A DNA stretch of 64,000 bases, from IMG/VR virus record IMGVR_UViG_2925908680_000001; one strand, 5' to 3'. Source of the stretch: a virus. Its lineage: Duplodnaviria > Heunggongvirae > Uroviricota > Caudoviricetes. The notes below the pieces were generated by a model, which saw nothing but the letters and a program-made list of their open reading frames with translations, was not told the DNA's origin and ran no database searches. Positions 47,999-58,203 of the stretch are shown one piece after another. The position numbers and the translations under genes are program-made. The number at the start of each line of letters is the position of its first letter. Position 1 is the stretch's first letter.

Positions 47999-48706
47999 GT
48001 GAGTATTTTCAGCAGCGTTGGTAGAACGTTGACCACCGCATTGTCATTTAACACGAAATCATTCACCAGCAACCTCATTAGCGACATTCTTGATAAAGCC
48101 ATATCAGGCGGCGGGGTAAGCGGGAATTACAGTAGCGATATTGCCTACGGGAAAAATATTGTTGCTGCCGCTATGCGTATCCGTTACGCCCAGGGGTGGC
48201 AGTGGACCGTTGAAGTGGATGGCCTGAACGGCTTCGATATGTTCGTGAAGGATATCACCTACAGCAGTGGAAACATTGAGACAGAAAGCAAGGTGATCGG
48301 CAGCGTAGAATTCAGCAAGCCAACCTATGTTAGCGCCGGACCGGTCACTATGACCGTGAGGGATACCGAAGATGGCAAGATCATGGACTGGTTCAAAGAG
48401 CGTCGTTCTCGTGTAACAAATCCTGATGGAACAATAAACCTTCCTCCTGAATATCTGATGAAAATCCGTGTCTACCGGGTGACTCAGGACGGCGGAAAAG
48501 AACTGGAAGAAGAAATGCGCGTATTTCCTACGCAACTTGGGGAAATCACACGCTCACGTGATCAGGTGTCAGAGTTCTTGTCATACCCAATCACTTTCCA
48601 GAAATACACATCCGCAGGCTCAGGTGTTTCTGCTTTGGTCAACGGTGCCGCTGGCATGGCTACAAGTGCGTTAAAGGGGGCTGTGAGTGGAGTGATCAAA
48701 TTCTGA
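47999..48706 (+). CDS. tail-associated hypothetical protein
   Basis: ORF in the tail operon. Confidence 0.45.
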   Translation: MSIFSSVGRTLTTALSFNTKSFTSNLISDILDKAISGGGVSGNYSSDIAYGKNIVAAAMRIRYAQGWQWTVEVDGLNGFDMFVKDITYSSGNIETESKVIGSVEFSKPTYVSAGPVTMTVRDTEDGKIMDWFKERRSRVTNPDGTINLPPEYLMKIRVYRVTQDGGKELEEEMRVFPTQLGEITRSRDQVSEFLSYPITFQKYTSAGSGVSALVNGAAGMATSALKGAVSGVIKF

Positions 48707-48794
48707 ATAGCTTTAATTATGTGTGCTGGAGGGTTGCTCATTTCCCGTCAGCACCCACGCCCTCAACGATAGCGGGTAGGGAAGGTAGCGCAAT

Positions 48795-49087
48795 TTTGAG
48801 GGCATTTTTTACATCATCAATTCATCTGTAATGAAGGCATTCTTTACACATTTCATATCAATCAGTTAACACAGTGAATGATAATAAAAAAGCGCAATAA
48901 GAATGCACGATACGCACGATATTGGTTGAGGGCGATTTTTACATAGTCCTTACATATCAATACGTTATATAAAAACACAACTTGCTAATAACAAGATACA
49001 TGCAATTAAGATGTAAAAATTGCCCTCAATTGCCGATCGTTAAGGGCAAATTCTACACCTTGAGAGGGGTGTAAAAATTGCCCTTAA
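48795..49087. repeat. iteron array downstream of repA (incA-like)
   Basis: Five copies of an about 20-bp unit TTGAGGGCAnnTnTTACA(C/T)C in both orientations (48795, 48926, 49020, 49040, 49068). Confidence 0.7.
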
Positions 49088-49872
49088 GACTGCTGATAGG
49101 TAAATTTTATCCTGGTAACTTTGCCGCCTTCCGTCACCTCTGAGAAGACTATTTTCATTTTTGTATTTTTTTCAATCTCTGCTACAGCCTTCGTTAAAAA
49201 ACTTCTCTTAAATTCGGCATACCGCTGATAGCTTTTTGGTAACCCATAACGCTCCCGCATCCATTCGACGCCAAGTATGGCAAAGCCGCTTCCATCATCC
49301 TTCCTGTACTGGCATAAGGACTCATAAAGCCGCATAGAATAAGGATTTGTAAGGCGAGATACTTCGGTAAAATTCAGCCTTGTGAATCTCTTATCAAGCA
49401 GAGTAAAAAACGGCATGAGATATGGATTAAGATGAATAATGTAAGTCCCGCGCCGTGGTGAATAGGCATCCTTAATCATCCAAGGATAAGACTCATAACT
49501 GTCTTCTGATTCGGTCGATTCATCAGGGTTATATATCGTAACTTTCTTCTCGCTAAGCCCTGAAATGGCCTTACGAATATCCTTGCTGGCTTCAGCAGAG
49601 GGCAAATTATACATCTCTGCATATTCGTTGACCGTCAACTCACAGGCACCTGAACCAAGAACGCCATCCTTAGAAGCATAGCGAAGTCTTCCCACCACAA
49701 TAAACAACAGTCGCTTTTGGTCGCGAGTCAGGTGATAAGCAGCCTCCGTGATCTCATTGGCTTGTGCCAAACTACGACTAATAGGTGTCGCTGACTCAAT
49801 CAGGCTGACGGCTTTTGCTGTTAATTCCGCTCTGTTCATAACCCTGTGTGATCCTTCAAATGGTGAGGGCAA
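49084..49872 (-). CDS. repA: plasmid replication initiator RepA (iteron-binding)
   Basis: ORF flanked on both sides by iterons of one family; start codon uncertain (possibly the internal MNRAEL). Confidence 0.75.
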   Translation of the reverse strand: MPSPFEGSHRVMNRAELTAKAVSLIESATPISRSLAQANEITEAAYHLTRDQKRLLFIVVGRLRYASKDGVLGSGACELTVNEYAEMYNLPSAEASKDIRKAISGLSEKKVTIYNPDESTESEDSYESYPWMIKDAYSPRRGTYIIHLNPYLMPFFTLLDKRFTRLNFTEVSRLTNPYSMRLYESLCQYRKDDGSGFAILGVEWMRERYGLPKSYQRYAEFKRSFLTKAVAEIEKNTKMKIVFSEVTEGGKVTRIKFTYQQS

Positions 49873-50123
49873 TTTTTACATCACTTTGAGGGCAATTACT
49901 ACACCTTTTAAGGGCAAATCTTACACCTTTTGAGGGCAAATCTTACACCGATCGTATTTAATTGAGGGCAAATCTTACACCAGCCTCCTCTACAGCCCGC
50001 GCCACTACTGGCTCCAGCGACGCCTAAAAAGGATCTAAAAAGAATTAAAAATGGAAAAAGGTTTATAAAAATACTCTGTGGATATGTGAGTAGCGTCACT
50101 TAAGGTGTAAAAATCACCCTCAA
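49864..50123. other. plasmid origin region (oriR-like): five direct iterons, one inverted iterons, DnaA box, AT-rich stretch, GATC sites
   Basis: Iterons at 49864, 49886, 49908, 49930, 49963 and inverted at 50104; DnaA-box-like TGTGGATAT at 50078-50086; GATC at about 49951 and 50032. Confidence 0.7.
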
Positions 50124-50227
50124 TAATCGCTTCTCGACCGGCAAAGATCTTCATTCAATCCCCATCGCAAATCACACACTCCCTATCCTCTGGAAAATGA
50201 ACAGATACCTGCTTTTCGGAGGAATAA

Positions 50228-51049
50228 TTGAACATTCCAAAATTCCCATTGCCTTCCCGTCCTGAGACAGAAATTCAGTTCCACGCCCCTACCGTGAAGG
50301 ATGCGCTGAAATATTCTGACCTGAACCCGGCAGAAGATGAGGCAACTACTACAGAGTACCTTAACTCTATGCAGGATGGTGAAATTAACGACAGTGCTAA
50401 CTGGACAGTTCAGGATCGCAGAACTGCTCTTTGGTGGATATTTGTTAATTCGCGCCCCGATGCAGTAATGACCTACTCCTATGAGTGCAGTCACTGCGGT
50501 AATACGCATCATGCAGATATTAACCTGAGCGACCTGGCCCAAACAGTAGAAATACTCACTGTACCTCCTTACGTGAAAACCAACGTACCAGTAAATGGAG
50601 TACCAACTGACTGGATACTTAAACCATTAACCGGGAAAGGCGCGGAACTCCTTGAACGAATGCGAGCGTCACTTCCTGATATGAAAAGCCCCGAATACAG
50701 TGCTGGCGTGGCACGGATGCGAATTGCTGAACTCGCTTTATGCACGGCGCTTGAAGACGATCCGGAGGACTTCACGCAGGCCGCTAACCGACGCTTTGAC
50801 ATCATTGAAAGCATGGCGCTTGAAACCGAATTTACTCCGCTTGTGGCTCGCATACAGCTTATGCAAAAAGACCTACGCCACGGCCTGAAAATGTCTATTG
50901 AGAGAGGCTCAAGCCGACTGATCCTGCCTCCGCAACATTGCAAAAACGCTAAGGAGGGTGCAGATGTGACAACCACACTGTACGTCCCCTTTCTCAATAG
51001 AGAGTTTATCCCATCAATTAGATCTGAATGGATGGCTAACCATTATTAA
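50228..51049 (+). CDS. hypothetical protein, 273 aa (possible tail assembly chaperone by position)
   Basis: ORF immediately upstream of the tape-measure-like gene. Confidence 0.45.
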   Translation: MNIPKFPLPSRPETEIQFHAPTVKDALKYSDLNPAEDEATTTEYLNSMQDGEINDSANWTVQDRRTALWWIFVNSRPDAVMTYSYECSHCGNTHHADINLSDLAQTVEILTVPPYVKTNVPVNGVPTDWILKPLTGKGAELLERMRASLPDMKSPEYSAGVARMRIAELALCTALEDDPEDFTQAANRRFDIIESMALETEFTPLVARIQLMQKDLRHGLKMSIERGSSRLILPPQHCKNAKEGADVTTTLYVPFLNREFIPSIRSEWMANHY

Positions 51050-51063
51050 CAACCTGACTCTAT

Positions 51064-54000
51064 ATGGATATCAGCCCGTTAGCGACGTTGAACAATTACC
51101 GCAATGGCGAGCACTCCATATGTCAAAAGCCCTGGAAGAAAAATACAAAGCTCAAGCCGGGAAACGTTGATCGCGCTGGTAAAAGAGAGGTTATTTTGAA
51201 AGAGAATAAAGACCGTATCGCAATAATTGACGCTATTCAGGAAGCGAGCACAAACGAACTTAAAGCTCTTGCTGAGGTAAAAGACGCCATTCTTTCTGGG
51301 GCAAGCACCATAACTCAACAGGACGAAAGGCAAGGCAGAGTTAGCAACAGACTATCACGCAGGCATAAAGAGTACGAGCAAAGTACATCTGATAGCGTTA
51401 GAGATGTCCAAACTAACCCATATAAAAAACGTCTCCCTGCTAAAAAGGAAAGGGCACCGATAAACCAAACCGTGGACCGCGCTATCGTTGCAACGAACAC
51501 ACCAGAAAGTGTTCGCTCCGTGCAATCACGTCAGACCATCCGAAAATCGGAAGGTTTTATACCGGTAGCTGCTAATTCAGCCCCTCTTGAACCACAACCC
51601 CCCCAAAGTCTAAAAGGCCCGCTGCGGGATAGTAATGGACGTTTTGTATCCCAGAAAAGTAATGAGGATGTAGCCAGAAAAAAAGAATTGCAGAACGCAC
51701 GTAAAGCCGACGCAAAATTACAAGCTGGCTTTCTCAGAAAGCTAGGTTCCATTATGGGGGTAGATGGCAATCAGTCTTCCAGTGAAGAGTCTTTAACAAA
51801 TGCAGCTGGTGTCGGTGCTGGTGGGCCGTTATGGATGGCGGCTCGTGGCATGTACGACATAACTAAAGAGATCACAGGTAAAGCAGAATCTCTTAAAGAA
51901 TTGGTAGAAAAGGGGAAAAAAGAAACATCAACCTCGAAAGCGATATCACCAGTAATTACTTATCCGGCGGCGGTGAATTCTCAAAAAGCAACATCTGCAA
52001 AAGCGTTCAATAACGCTGTTGAGACAAAATCCGCACAAGCAGTAGAAGAGCAAACCAAAATCCTTCAGACCAATGACAACAAAATAATTGATGGTCTGGA
52101 AAATGTTTCTGACGAGATAGTTAAGCTTCGGAAATCAGTGTCTTCTGGAAATAAGTTCGGCTTAAGTGATCTCTGGAAAAATCGAGCAAGCAGAAGAAAT
52201 AAAATCAATATTGGTGATCAGACGGGAAAAAATAAACGGAACAAATCGAAAAGGAAAGGACGCAATCTTGGGAAAAAAGCACTCTCCGCTGGCGAAAAAG
52301 TTGCTGCCGGTAGCGCTGCGGCTGGCACTGGTGTCGGAGCAGCAAAAGTAGTTAAAAATAAGATCAGCAAACCCAAAGATGTAAGCACTATCAGCGATAC
52401 ATCAAAGGGGATTGCAAAGGAAACAAAAAATACTGCTAAGGCCGTGAAGTCAGCTGGTGTTGTGGCTGAAGATGCCACCATTAAAACCGGCGAAGCCATT
52501 GCAAAGAAAAAAACTGAATCTGTAGCCCTCAAAAGTGCTGCAAAAATAGGTGTTAAATCAGCAGCATCCACAGCGGCAAGAGCGGTCCCTATCATCGGTT
52601 CGCTGGCAATGGCTGGATATGACGCCATAGATGGTTACACAGATACAGAGGCGCAAAAGGCAGCCTTTGGTTTAAGTGACGATGATGCTGTATCCGAACA
52701 GCAAAAAACGGCTTACGCAACAGCTAATGTGCTCGATATGGGGGGCTTGGTGTCGGGCGCAACGAACTTGATAGGGAAAGGAATTTCTGCGCTAGGATTT
52801 GAAAGAGCAGGTGAAAAACTTCAGAATTTTGATACCGGAGATATTGCTCGTGGTGTTAACGGCGCGGTAGATATCACCAAATCTGTTTTTGGTAGCCTTA
52901 AGGATACATTTTTATCCACTGACGAAAACACGAAACAAGTAAAAAAAGCTGTTGAAGACGGCACCAAAAAAACTGTCGATGCGATTCATTCTCTAGGTGA
53001 ACAATTACAAGGTGGGCGTAATGGCGAGGATGGAGTTGGTGAGCACGGGTATACTTCTCCAACTGAATTTAGTGCACCTGCCAACAACACCATTGCAGCG
53101 GATCTGAATATTGGCGGCAGCAACGCTAAAAACCGCAATTACCGAAATAATAATCTCGGTAATCTTGTTTTTGCCAACCAGGAAGGGGCGACGCTGGAAT
53201 CGCCAAATGCAAAGGGTGAACAACGTTTTGCGCGATTTAACACACCTGAAGAAGGGATCAGGGCACTGGCAAACCAGGTTTCCAGCTATTACAACGGCAC
53301 CAGTGCTGCAGCGGGATATCAGAAGTTACAGACGGTATCCAGCATCATTTCAAAATGGGCACCGCCAAATGAGAACAATACTAACCAATATATTGATAAC
53401 GTCAGTAAATATCTTGGTGTATCGCCTAATGAAAAAATAGATGTCAGCAACCCAGAGGTTATGACGCAATTAGTTCGTGCAATTGCGACGAAAGAAGGCG
53501 GAAATCCGGCAGTTAATAATGAGTTCATTAAGAATGCACTTGGAGCATTTAACACTAACACTGGTCGATGGGAGGGACAATTCTCTGACGAAACATTGGC
53601 GCGGATTAATAAAATTCAGAAAGAAAATGGTGGTCAGCTAATTGCCCGCGATTCGCAATATAGTGTTGGTCGCAAGGTAAAATATGCTAATGGAAAATCT
53701 CCAGCTCAACCAGTTTTGAATGCCGTTCCGACAGCAACACAACAGCCAATTGAGGTTGCACAACATGCCCAGGCAGTCAAAAAGCCACAAAAAACAGGCA
53801 ATCAATCGCAACCGATTAATCCAGAGATTGTTGATGTTAATACTGGCTCGCCATCAAGTCTGCTTGAGAGATTAATCGCTATAAATGACAGCGGGGTAGG
53901 TAATTTATTTGGAGGTGCGGCTACCAGCCTTGCTGGTACAAGCCTTGGCCTGATTAAGGATTTTGCGTCGGCGACTTCGTTTGGTTCTATATCTTCGCTT

Positions 54001-54999
54001 TCCGAAAAAGCGAAAGGAATGGATCAGGCTCTTACTGAAAAGATATCCGGCTTAACCGGTAAATCTTTTGGATTTAAAAAAGCTTCTCAAGTGGCTGATA
54101 TCGCAACAGCCATACAACAAAAACGCACTGTTAATCACGATACAGAAATCATTGATCTACTTCCGGGAGATCAAGTATCCCCTTCTACTCCGAAAACTCC
54201 ACAGCAGGAGCAGGCTCTAGCAATCAGCCAGGCTATGGAGGGCTTTTCGTCTGCAGCGCCAGCACCGAAAACTCCACAGCAGGAGCAGGCTCTAGCAATC
54301 AACCAGGCTATGGCGGGAGCTGCGCCAGTAGTTACCTCTGGAAAACGAACTATCACGGCACCAAGTGATGTGCAGATTTATGACAACGGCTACAAGGTGG
54401 TTACAGGTGAGGATAAGAGCTTCTTTGGTTCGCTATTTGATTCCACGGTGTCAGGGCTTAAACAGACAGGAACCGCAGTAATTCCTGCCGTTGGCGATAA
54501 CCTTTCACGACTTGTTGGGGGGATTGATAGTACAGGGATATTGAACGATCTTGTAATGCAGTCTACTGGACAGAATAGTGCGATTGCGCGAGCTATTAGC
54601 CCATTAACAAGAAATGTTGGAGACTGGCTGAATGGGGGGATTCAACAAACCGCTAATAGCATTAGGGGAATAGCAACTGGTGCCAATAACGCCATATTTG
54701 GCTCTGCTTCAGCTGTGCAAGAACCTTTTCTTGCTATGCCACCACAGCTTCCTACTGTAACAGATCTCGCACGAAGCGGAATAAGACAACCATTAACTAC
54801 TGACACTATAAATAACGATCCTGCTATGTTGAAGGCGCTGGATAACATCTGCTCTATCCTGAACGATCTTCTGAATGTGAACAAGAACAATACAAAAGGC
54901 GATCCGGATAAGGTTGTCAAAACATCGCAGCCGCAACCGCGACCACGTGCTAGCACAACTATTAATGACCCGTCGCTGGATGCTCTGCTTGAGGATTAA
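51064..54999 (+). CDS. tail tape-measure / Sit-like protein
   Basis: 1311-aa A/K/S-rich protein in the tail cluster with an internal 60-bp tandem repeat; precise start uncertain. Confidence 0.6.
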   Translation: MDISPLATLNNYRNGEHSICQKPWKKNTKLKPGNVDRAGKREVILKENKDRIAIIDAIQEASTNELKALAEVKDAILSGASTITQQDERQGRVSNRLSRRHKEYEQSTSDSVRDVQTNPYKKRLPAKKERAPINQTVDRAIVATNTPESVRSVQSRQTIRKSEGFIPVAANSAPLEPQPPQSLKGPLRDSNGRFVSQKSNEDVARKKELQNARKADAKLQAGFLRKLGSIMGVDGNQSSSEESLTNAAGVGAGGPLWMAARGMYDITKEITGKAESLKELVEKGKKETSTSKAISPVITYPAAVNSQKATSAKAFNNAVETKSAQAVEEQTKILQTNDNKIIDGLENVSDEIVKLRKSVSSGNKFGLSDLWKNRASRRNKINIGDQTGKNKRNKSKRKGRNLGKKALSAGEKVAAGSAAAGTGVGAAKVVKNKISKPKDVSTISDTSKGIAKETKNTAKAVKSAGVVAEDATIKTGEAIAKKKTESVALKSAAKIGVKSAASTAARAVPIIGSLAMAGYDAIDGYTDTEAQKAAFGLSDDDAVSEQQKTAYATANVLDMGGLVSGATNLIGKGISALGFERAGEKLQNFDTGDIARGVNGAVDITKSVFGSLKDTFLSTDENTKQVKKAVEDGTKKTVDAIHSLGEQLQGGRNGEDGVGEHGYTSPTEFSAPANNTIAADLNIGGSNAKNRNYRNNNLGNLVFANQEGATLESPNAKGEQRFARFNTPEEGIRALANQVSSYYNGTSAAAGYQKLQTVSSIISKWAPPNENNTNQYIDNVSKYLGVSPNEKIDVSNPEVMTQLVRAIATKEGGNPAVNNEFIKNALGAFNTNTGRWEGQFSDETLARINKIQKENGGQLIARDSQYSVGRKVKYANGKSPAQPVLNAVPTATQQPIEVAQHAQAVKKPQKTGNQSQPINPEIVDVNTGSPSSLLERLIAINDSGVGNLFGGAATSLAGTSLGLIKDFASATSFGSISSLSEKAKGMDQALTEKISGLTGKSFGFKKASQVADIATAIQQKRTVNHDTEIIDLLPGDQVSPSTPKTPQQEQALAISQAMEGFSSAAPAPKTPQQEQALAINQAMAGAAPVVTSGKRTITAPSDVQIYDNGYKVVTGEDKSFFGSLFDSTVSGLKQTGTAVIPAVGDNLSRLVGGIDSTGILNDLVMQSTGQNSAIARAISPLTRNVGDWLNGGIQQTANSIRGIATGANNAIFGSASAVQEPFLAMPPQLPTVTDLARSGIRQPLTTDTINNDPAMLKALDNICSILNDLLNVNKNNTKGDPDKVVKTSQPQPRPRASTTINDPSLDALLED

Positions 55000-55004
55000 T
55001 ACAG

Positions 55005-55379
55005 ATGCTTTATGAAATAGACGCAAGACTTCAAACGAATGAGAGCGGTGTCATTATTGCAGAAGGAAGTACCGCAGCATGGATGGCCCGACTTGACGAG
55101 TGGTTACGAACCCCTGAAGGGAGTGTTTATGGTTTACCCTCTTGGGGGAATCCAATGGAAGAATTTAAGCATGAACCATTCGGCTCTGAAACTTCGCACA
55201 TAGTTGAAGTGGCTATTGAAGGGAGAATGATGAAAAAACTACGGCAAGACTTGCCAGGTTTGGATGTGCAGGGGATTCGTTGCACATCAATTTCTGAAGA
55301 TTCTTTATTAATTAGTTTTTATGCGAAAGGTGGGAGCATGGATATTGTTATGCAGAAATCAAGTGGGGTGGGCGCGTGA
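55005..55379 (+). CDS. baseplate protein (gp25/GpW-like)
   Basis: 124-aa ORF preceding a J-like baseplate gene. Confidence 0.45.
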   Translation: MLYEIDARLQTNESGVIIAEGSTAAWMARLDEWLRTPEGSVYGLPSWGNPMEEFKHEPFGSETSHIVEVAIEGRMMKKLRQDLPGLDVQGIRCTSISEDSLLISFYAKGGSMDIVMQKSSGVGA

Positions 55380-56806
55380 CGATTACAGAATTACTGGACA
55401 AATTTAACGCTAAGTTAAATGAAAACACATGGTGGTCACGATTTGTAAATAGTCAGTTTGTGCAGATGCACGCTATATTCGGATCACAGCTTATTTATAT
55501 TGCCCGTACATTTGCAAGCCGCGGCCTCACTGAGGGACTTATTTCAACGGCTACGCGCCGCTCAAGTATTTTAGCGGTTGCTGAAGATCGTAGCTACGTA
55601 GGGCGATTTGTTAGTGCTTCATACGGAACAACGTCTATAACCAATAAAACTGATCGGGATATTACATTACCAGCCGGGGCTGAATTGCTTGCCAATGACC
55701 AAACACCTTTGGCAATTATTAACAGTGTTGTAATTCCTGCTGGAGGAACTGTTTCTGGCGTAGAAACTAAACAGCATGAAGCTGTTAGCGTTACATTTGA
55801 TATTGAGAAGGAAACTTTATTTCTGACATTGTTGCTTTCCAGAGAGTTAACAAAAGAAGTCTCTAGCCTGGATGTTTATGTTATTACAGATGGCGTAGAA
55901 GAAAAATGGACATATAACCCATTATTTAGAATGTCCAGAGACAAGAGTAAGCACTATTCATTGGCATATAAACCTACAGAACAACTTGGAGTCAAGTTTG
56001 GTGATGGTTCTATGGGTATGATGCCTCCAGCAGGCTGTCAGGTTCGAATCGATGTTATGGCTAGCCTTGGCGACTATACTTTGGCTGAAGGACAAAAGTT
56101 AGAACCGGCTGGAAATATCGCTCAATATGTGGAGTCACTTGAGTTTAAAACTGATTCGATCATTACCGGTGGTAGTGGTATGGAAACTACAGAAGAAACT
56201 CGAAATCGTGCTCAGTATTATGTTGCATACGATGAACAAGTGGTATGGGGCGGTGATTATCGCCAATTCATTCAGAATGTTGTTCATGGAACTTCATGGT
56301 TGAACGTTTGGGGCGAAGCGTTACAAGAGAAAATAACTGGGTTTGACGTTCGAAACATCAACAAAATTTTCTTTTGCGGACATAAGCCGGGTGTAAGCCA
56401 GGCTCAGCTAAAATCAGAAATACTGAAAGCTCTAGAGAATGTTCCAAATGAGTTGAACAAGCGGTTCGAGTATGTAGATACAAATGAACAGCCATTTACT
56501 ATAAATTTTATAGGTATTGCACGTAAAAATGTTCTGATAGACGATGCTCAAAATGCTATTAAAGCAGCGTTGGAAGATAATTTTGGCCGTGATTCGTCAT
56601 CATTCAGTTTATTACTACAGAGTGATGATGATTCCCAGCAATGTTATGCACAGGTAAAAGTTAAAGATATTTGGCGAGTAATAGAGTCTCTGGATATGTT
56701 TCTGTCTTACGACATAACAATACAAAATATGAAAGATGCTGTTTACTTTAATGACTTCATTTATCTTGACGTGAAATCTTCAACGTTCAGCATTTCTTAC
56801 CCGTAA
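55376..56806 (+). CDS. baseplate J-like protein
   Basis: 476-aa ORF in baseplate position. Confidence 0.5.
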   Translation: MTITELLDKFNAKLNENTWWSRFVNSQFVQMHAIFGSQLIYIARTFASRGLTEGLISTATRRSSILAVAEDRSYVGRFVSASYGTTSITNKTDRDITLPAGAELLANDQTPLAIINSVVIPAGGTVSGVETKQHEAVSVTFDIEKETLFLTLLLSRELTKEVSSLDVYVITDGVEEKWTYNPLFRMSRDKSKHYSLAYKPTEQLGVKFGDGSMGMMPPAGCQVRIDVMASLGDYTLAEGQKLEPAGNIAQYVESLEFKTDSIITGGSGMETTEETRNRAQYYVAYDEQVVWGGDYRQFIQNVVHGTSWLNVWGEALQEKITGFDVRNINKIFFCGHKPGVSQAQLKSEILKALENVPNELNKRFEYVDTNEQPFTINFIGIARKNVLIDDAQNAIKAALEDNFGRDSSSFSLLLQSDDDSQQCYAQVKVKDIWRVIESLDMFLSYDITIQNMKDAVYFNDFIYLDVKSSTFSISYP

Positions 56807-56816
56807 TGAGGTTAGC

Positions 56817-57662
56817 ATGAAAGATAATTGGCTTAAGGAACGATTAACTAAAGTAAAACAGGATTCCCATCTCTGGAGTGCCTTTATAGACGCTTTGCAA
56901 GATGTCTGGAATGAGGCAGTAGAACCAATATTAACAAGAATAAGTAACAGAAAATCCTTCTTCACTATGGACAGTGAGGATATGGATGCCCGCATTGCTG
57001 AATACGGGCGTTTTTTCGTTATCACTGAAAAAGATAAGACCCGTAGGCCAATGCTGCTGGCGCAACGATTAGATGAAGTGCACTTTAAAGGCACTATCTT
57101 GCCTATTGAGCAGACATTCTGGCGTGAATTCGGTTGTATTCCTGTTAGTTGGGAACCGCTATATGCACCTGTAAATATAGAAAAACACCCCTATGGTTCA
57201 TATTTTGCGACAGAAATAGAAATACCTACGGCACAGGCTCAATTCGGTGAGTTCTTCCTGACATCAAGGGGGCTGGTCGTTGTTGATCAGAACAAGCTAT
57301 ATCGCTCATATGGAGAGCAGGATAAAGAAGCCGCTGTGCAGAAATTGTTATCTGACTTCGAAACAGTAATAGCCCCTTTGTTGCCATTGCATATTGTTTT
57401 TGATGGCGTCTCGTTTCGGCTTAGTGCTGTATTCCCTGAAGTGGCAGAAATACTAAATTGCCTGTCTACGGATGTTTCGGTAATTGAAGGTGTTTATGTT
57501 ACTGAGAGTATGGCTGATATGCTATCCCGTAGTGATACCTCCTGCCAGGTAAACAATATTTCTCTTAACGCCATACCGAACAGAACGGCAGAAAAGCAAT
57601 TACATCTTGATGTAACCCCACTCGATGCGTGGCCTTTGGATTACCACCTTCAACCTGTTTAA
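56817..57662 (+). CDS. baseplate / tail-fibre-attachment protein
   Basis: ORF in operon upstream of the tail fibre. Confidence 0.45.
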   Translation: MKDNWLKERLTKVKQDSHLWSAFIDALQDVWNEAVEPILTRISNRKSFFTMDSEDMDARIAEYGRFFVITEKDKTRRPMLLAQRLDEVHFKGTILPIEQTFWREFGCIPVSWEPLYAPVNIEKHPYGSYFATEIEIPTAQAQFGEFFLTSRGLVVVDQNKLYRSYGEQDKEAAVQKLLSDFETVIAPLLPLHIVFDGVSFRLSAVFPEVAEILNCLSTDVSVIEGVYVTESMADMLSRSDTSCQVNNISLNAIPNRTAEKQLHLDVTPLDAWPLDYHLQPV

Positions 57663-57756
57663 TAATTCTTCCCCCAAATGCGGGGGAAGAACAACGGAAA
57701 TCACAAACTGAGCATACTCTCCTTTGGTTCATTGCTTATGAAGGGGCTATGTTCGT

Positions 57757-58203
57757 ATGGCTGAAAATTTAAAGGCAAGAGATGGTAACCGCCTGTATAA
57801 GGCGCAATTGCTTTCCTACTATTATTCACGCCGCGCTGAGTCGGCGATCGGCAAAGGTGCGCGTTTTGTTATCTCTAAGGCGTATTGGTGCAAATCTAGT
57901 CTGGTAACTGCTAATGGTGCAGGAGGCTGGAATATAGCGGACATTCCACTCGATTTTAAATTGAGTAACGCTCAACAGTTTGCTGTGTCCGATCTGATAT
58001 TGTCCAGTGTGGATGGGATTATCACTATCAATGCAGCCTTCCCTCAAGAAAGAATGCCGGATAACACGCCTTACGACTTTAACACGCTTGTGCTTGTTGA
58101 TGCTGAGGAACAGGCTTTTGCTGTGCTTTGCACCCAGCAAGACACCCTCTATAAAGGTAAACGTTACAGTATTCTCATGACAATCGAGCAAGTTGAGGGA
58201 TGA
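57757..58203 (+). CDS. tail protein (P1 R-like position)
   Basis: ORF immediately upstream of the tail fibre gene. Confidence 0.45.
   Translation: MAENLKARDGNRLYKAQLLSYYYSRRAESAIGKGARFVISKAYWCKSSLVTANGAGGWNIADIPLDFKLSNAQQFAVSDLILSSVDGIITINAAFPQERMPDNTPYDFNTLVLVDAEEQAFAVLCTQQDTLYKGKRYSILMTIEQVEG

Noticed and set aside
48795-50123. Possible CRISPR-like array suggested by the repeated roughly 20-bp units
   Set aside because: The repeats occur in both orientations with irregular spacing and flank a rep gene; they are replicon iterons, not CRISPR repeats. No cas genes are present.
52218-52628. 136-aa antisense ORF in the tape-measure gene
   Set aside because: Ala-rich antisense frame inside a long supported gene.
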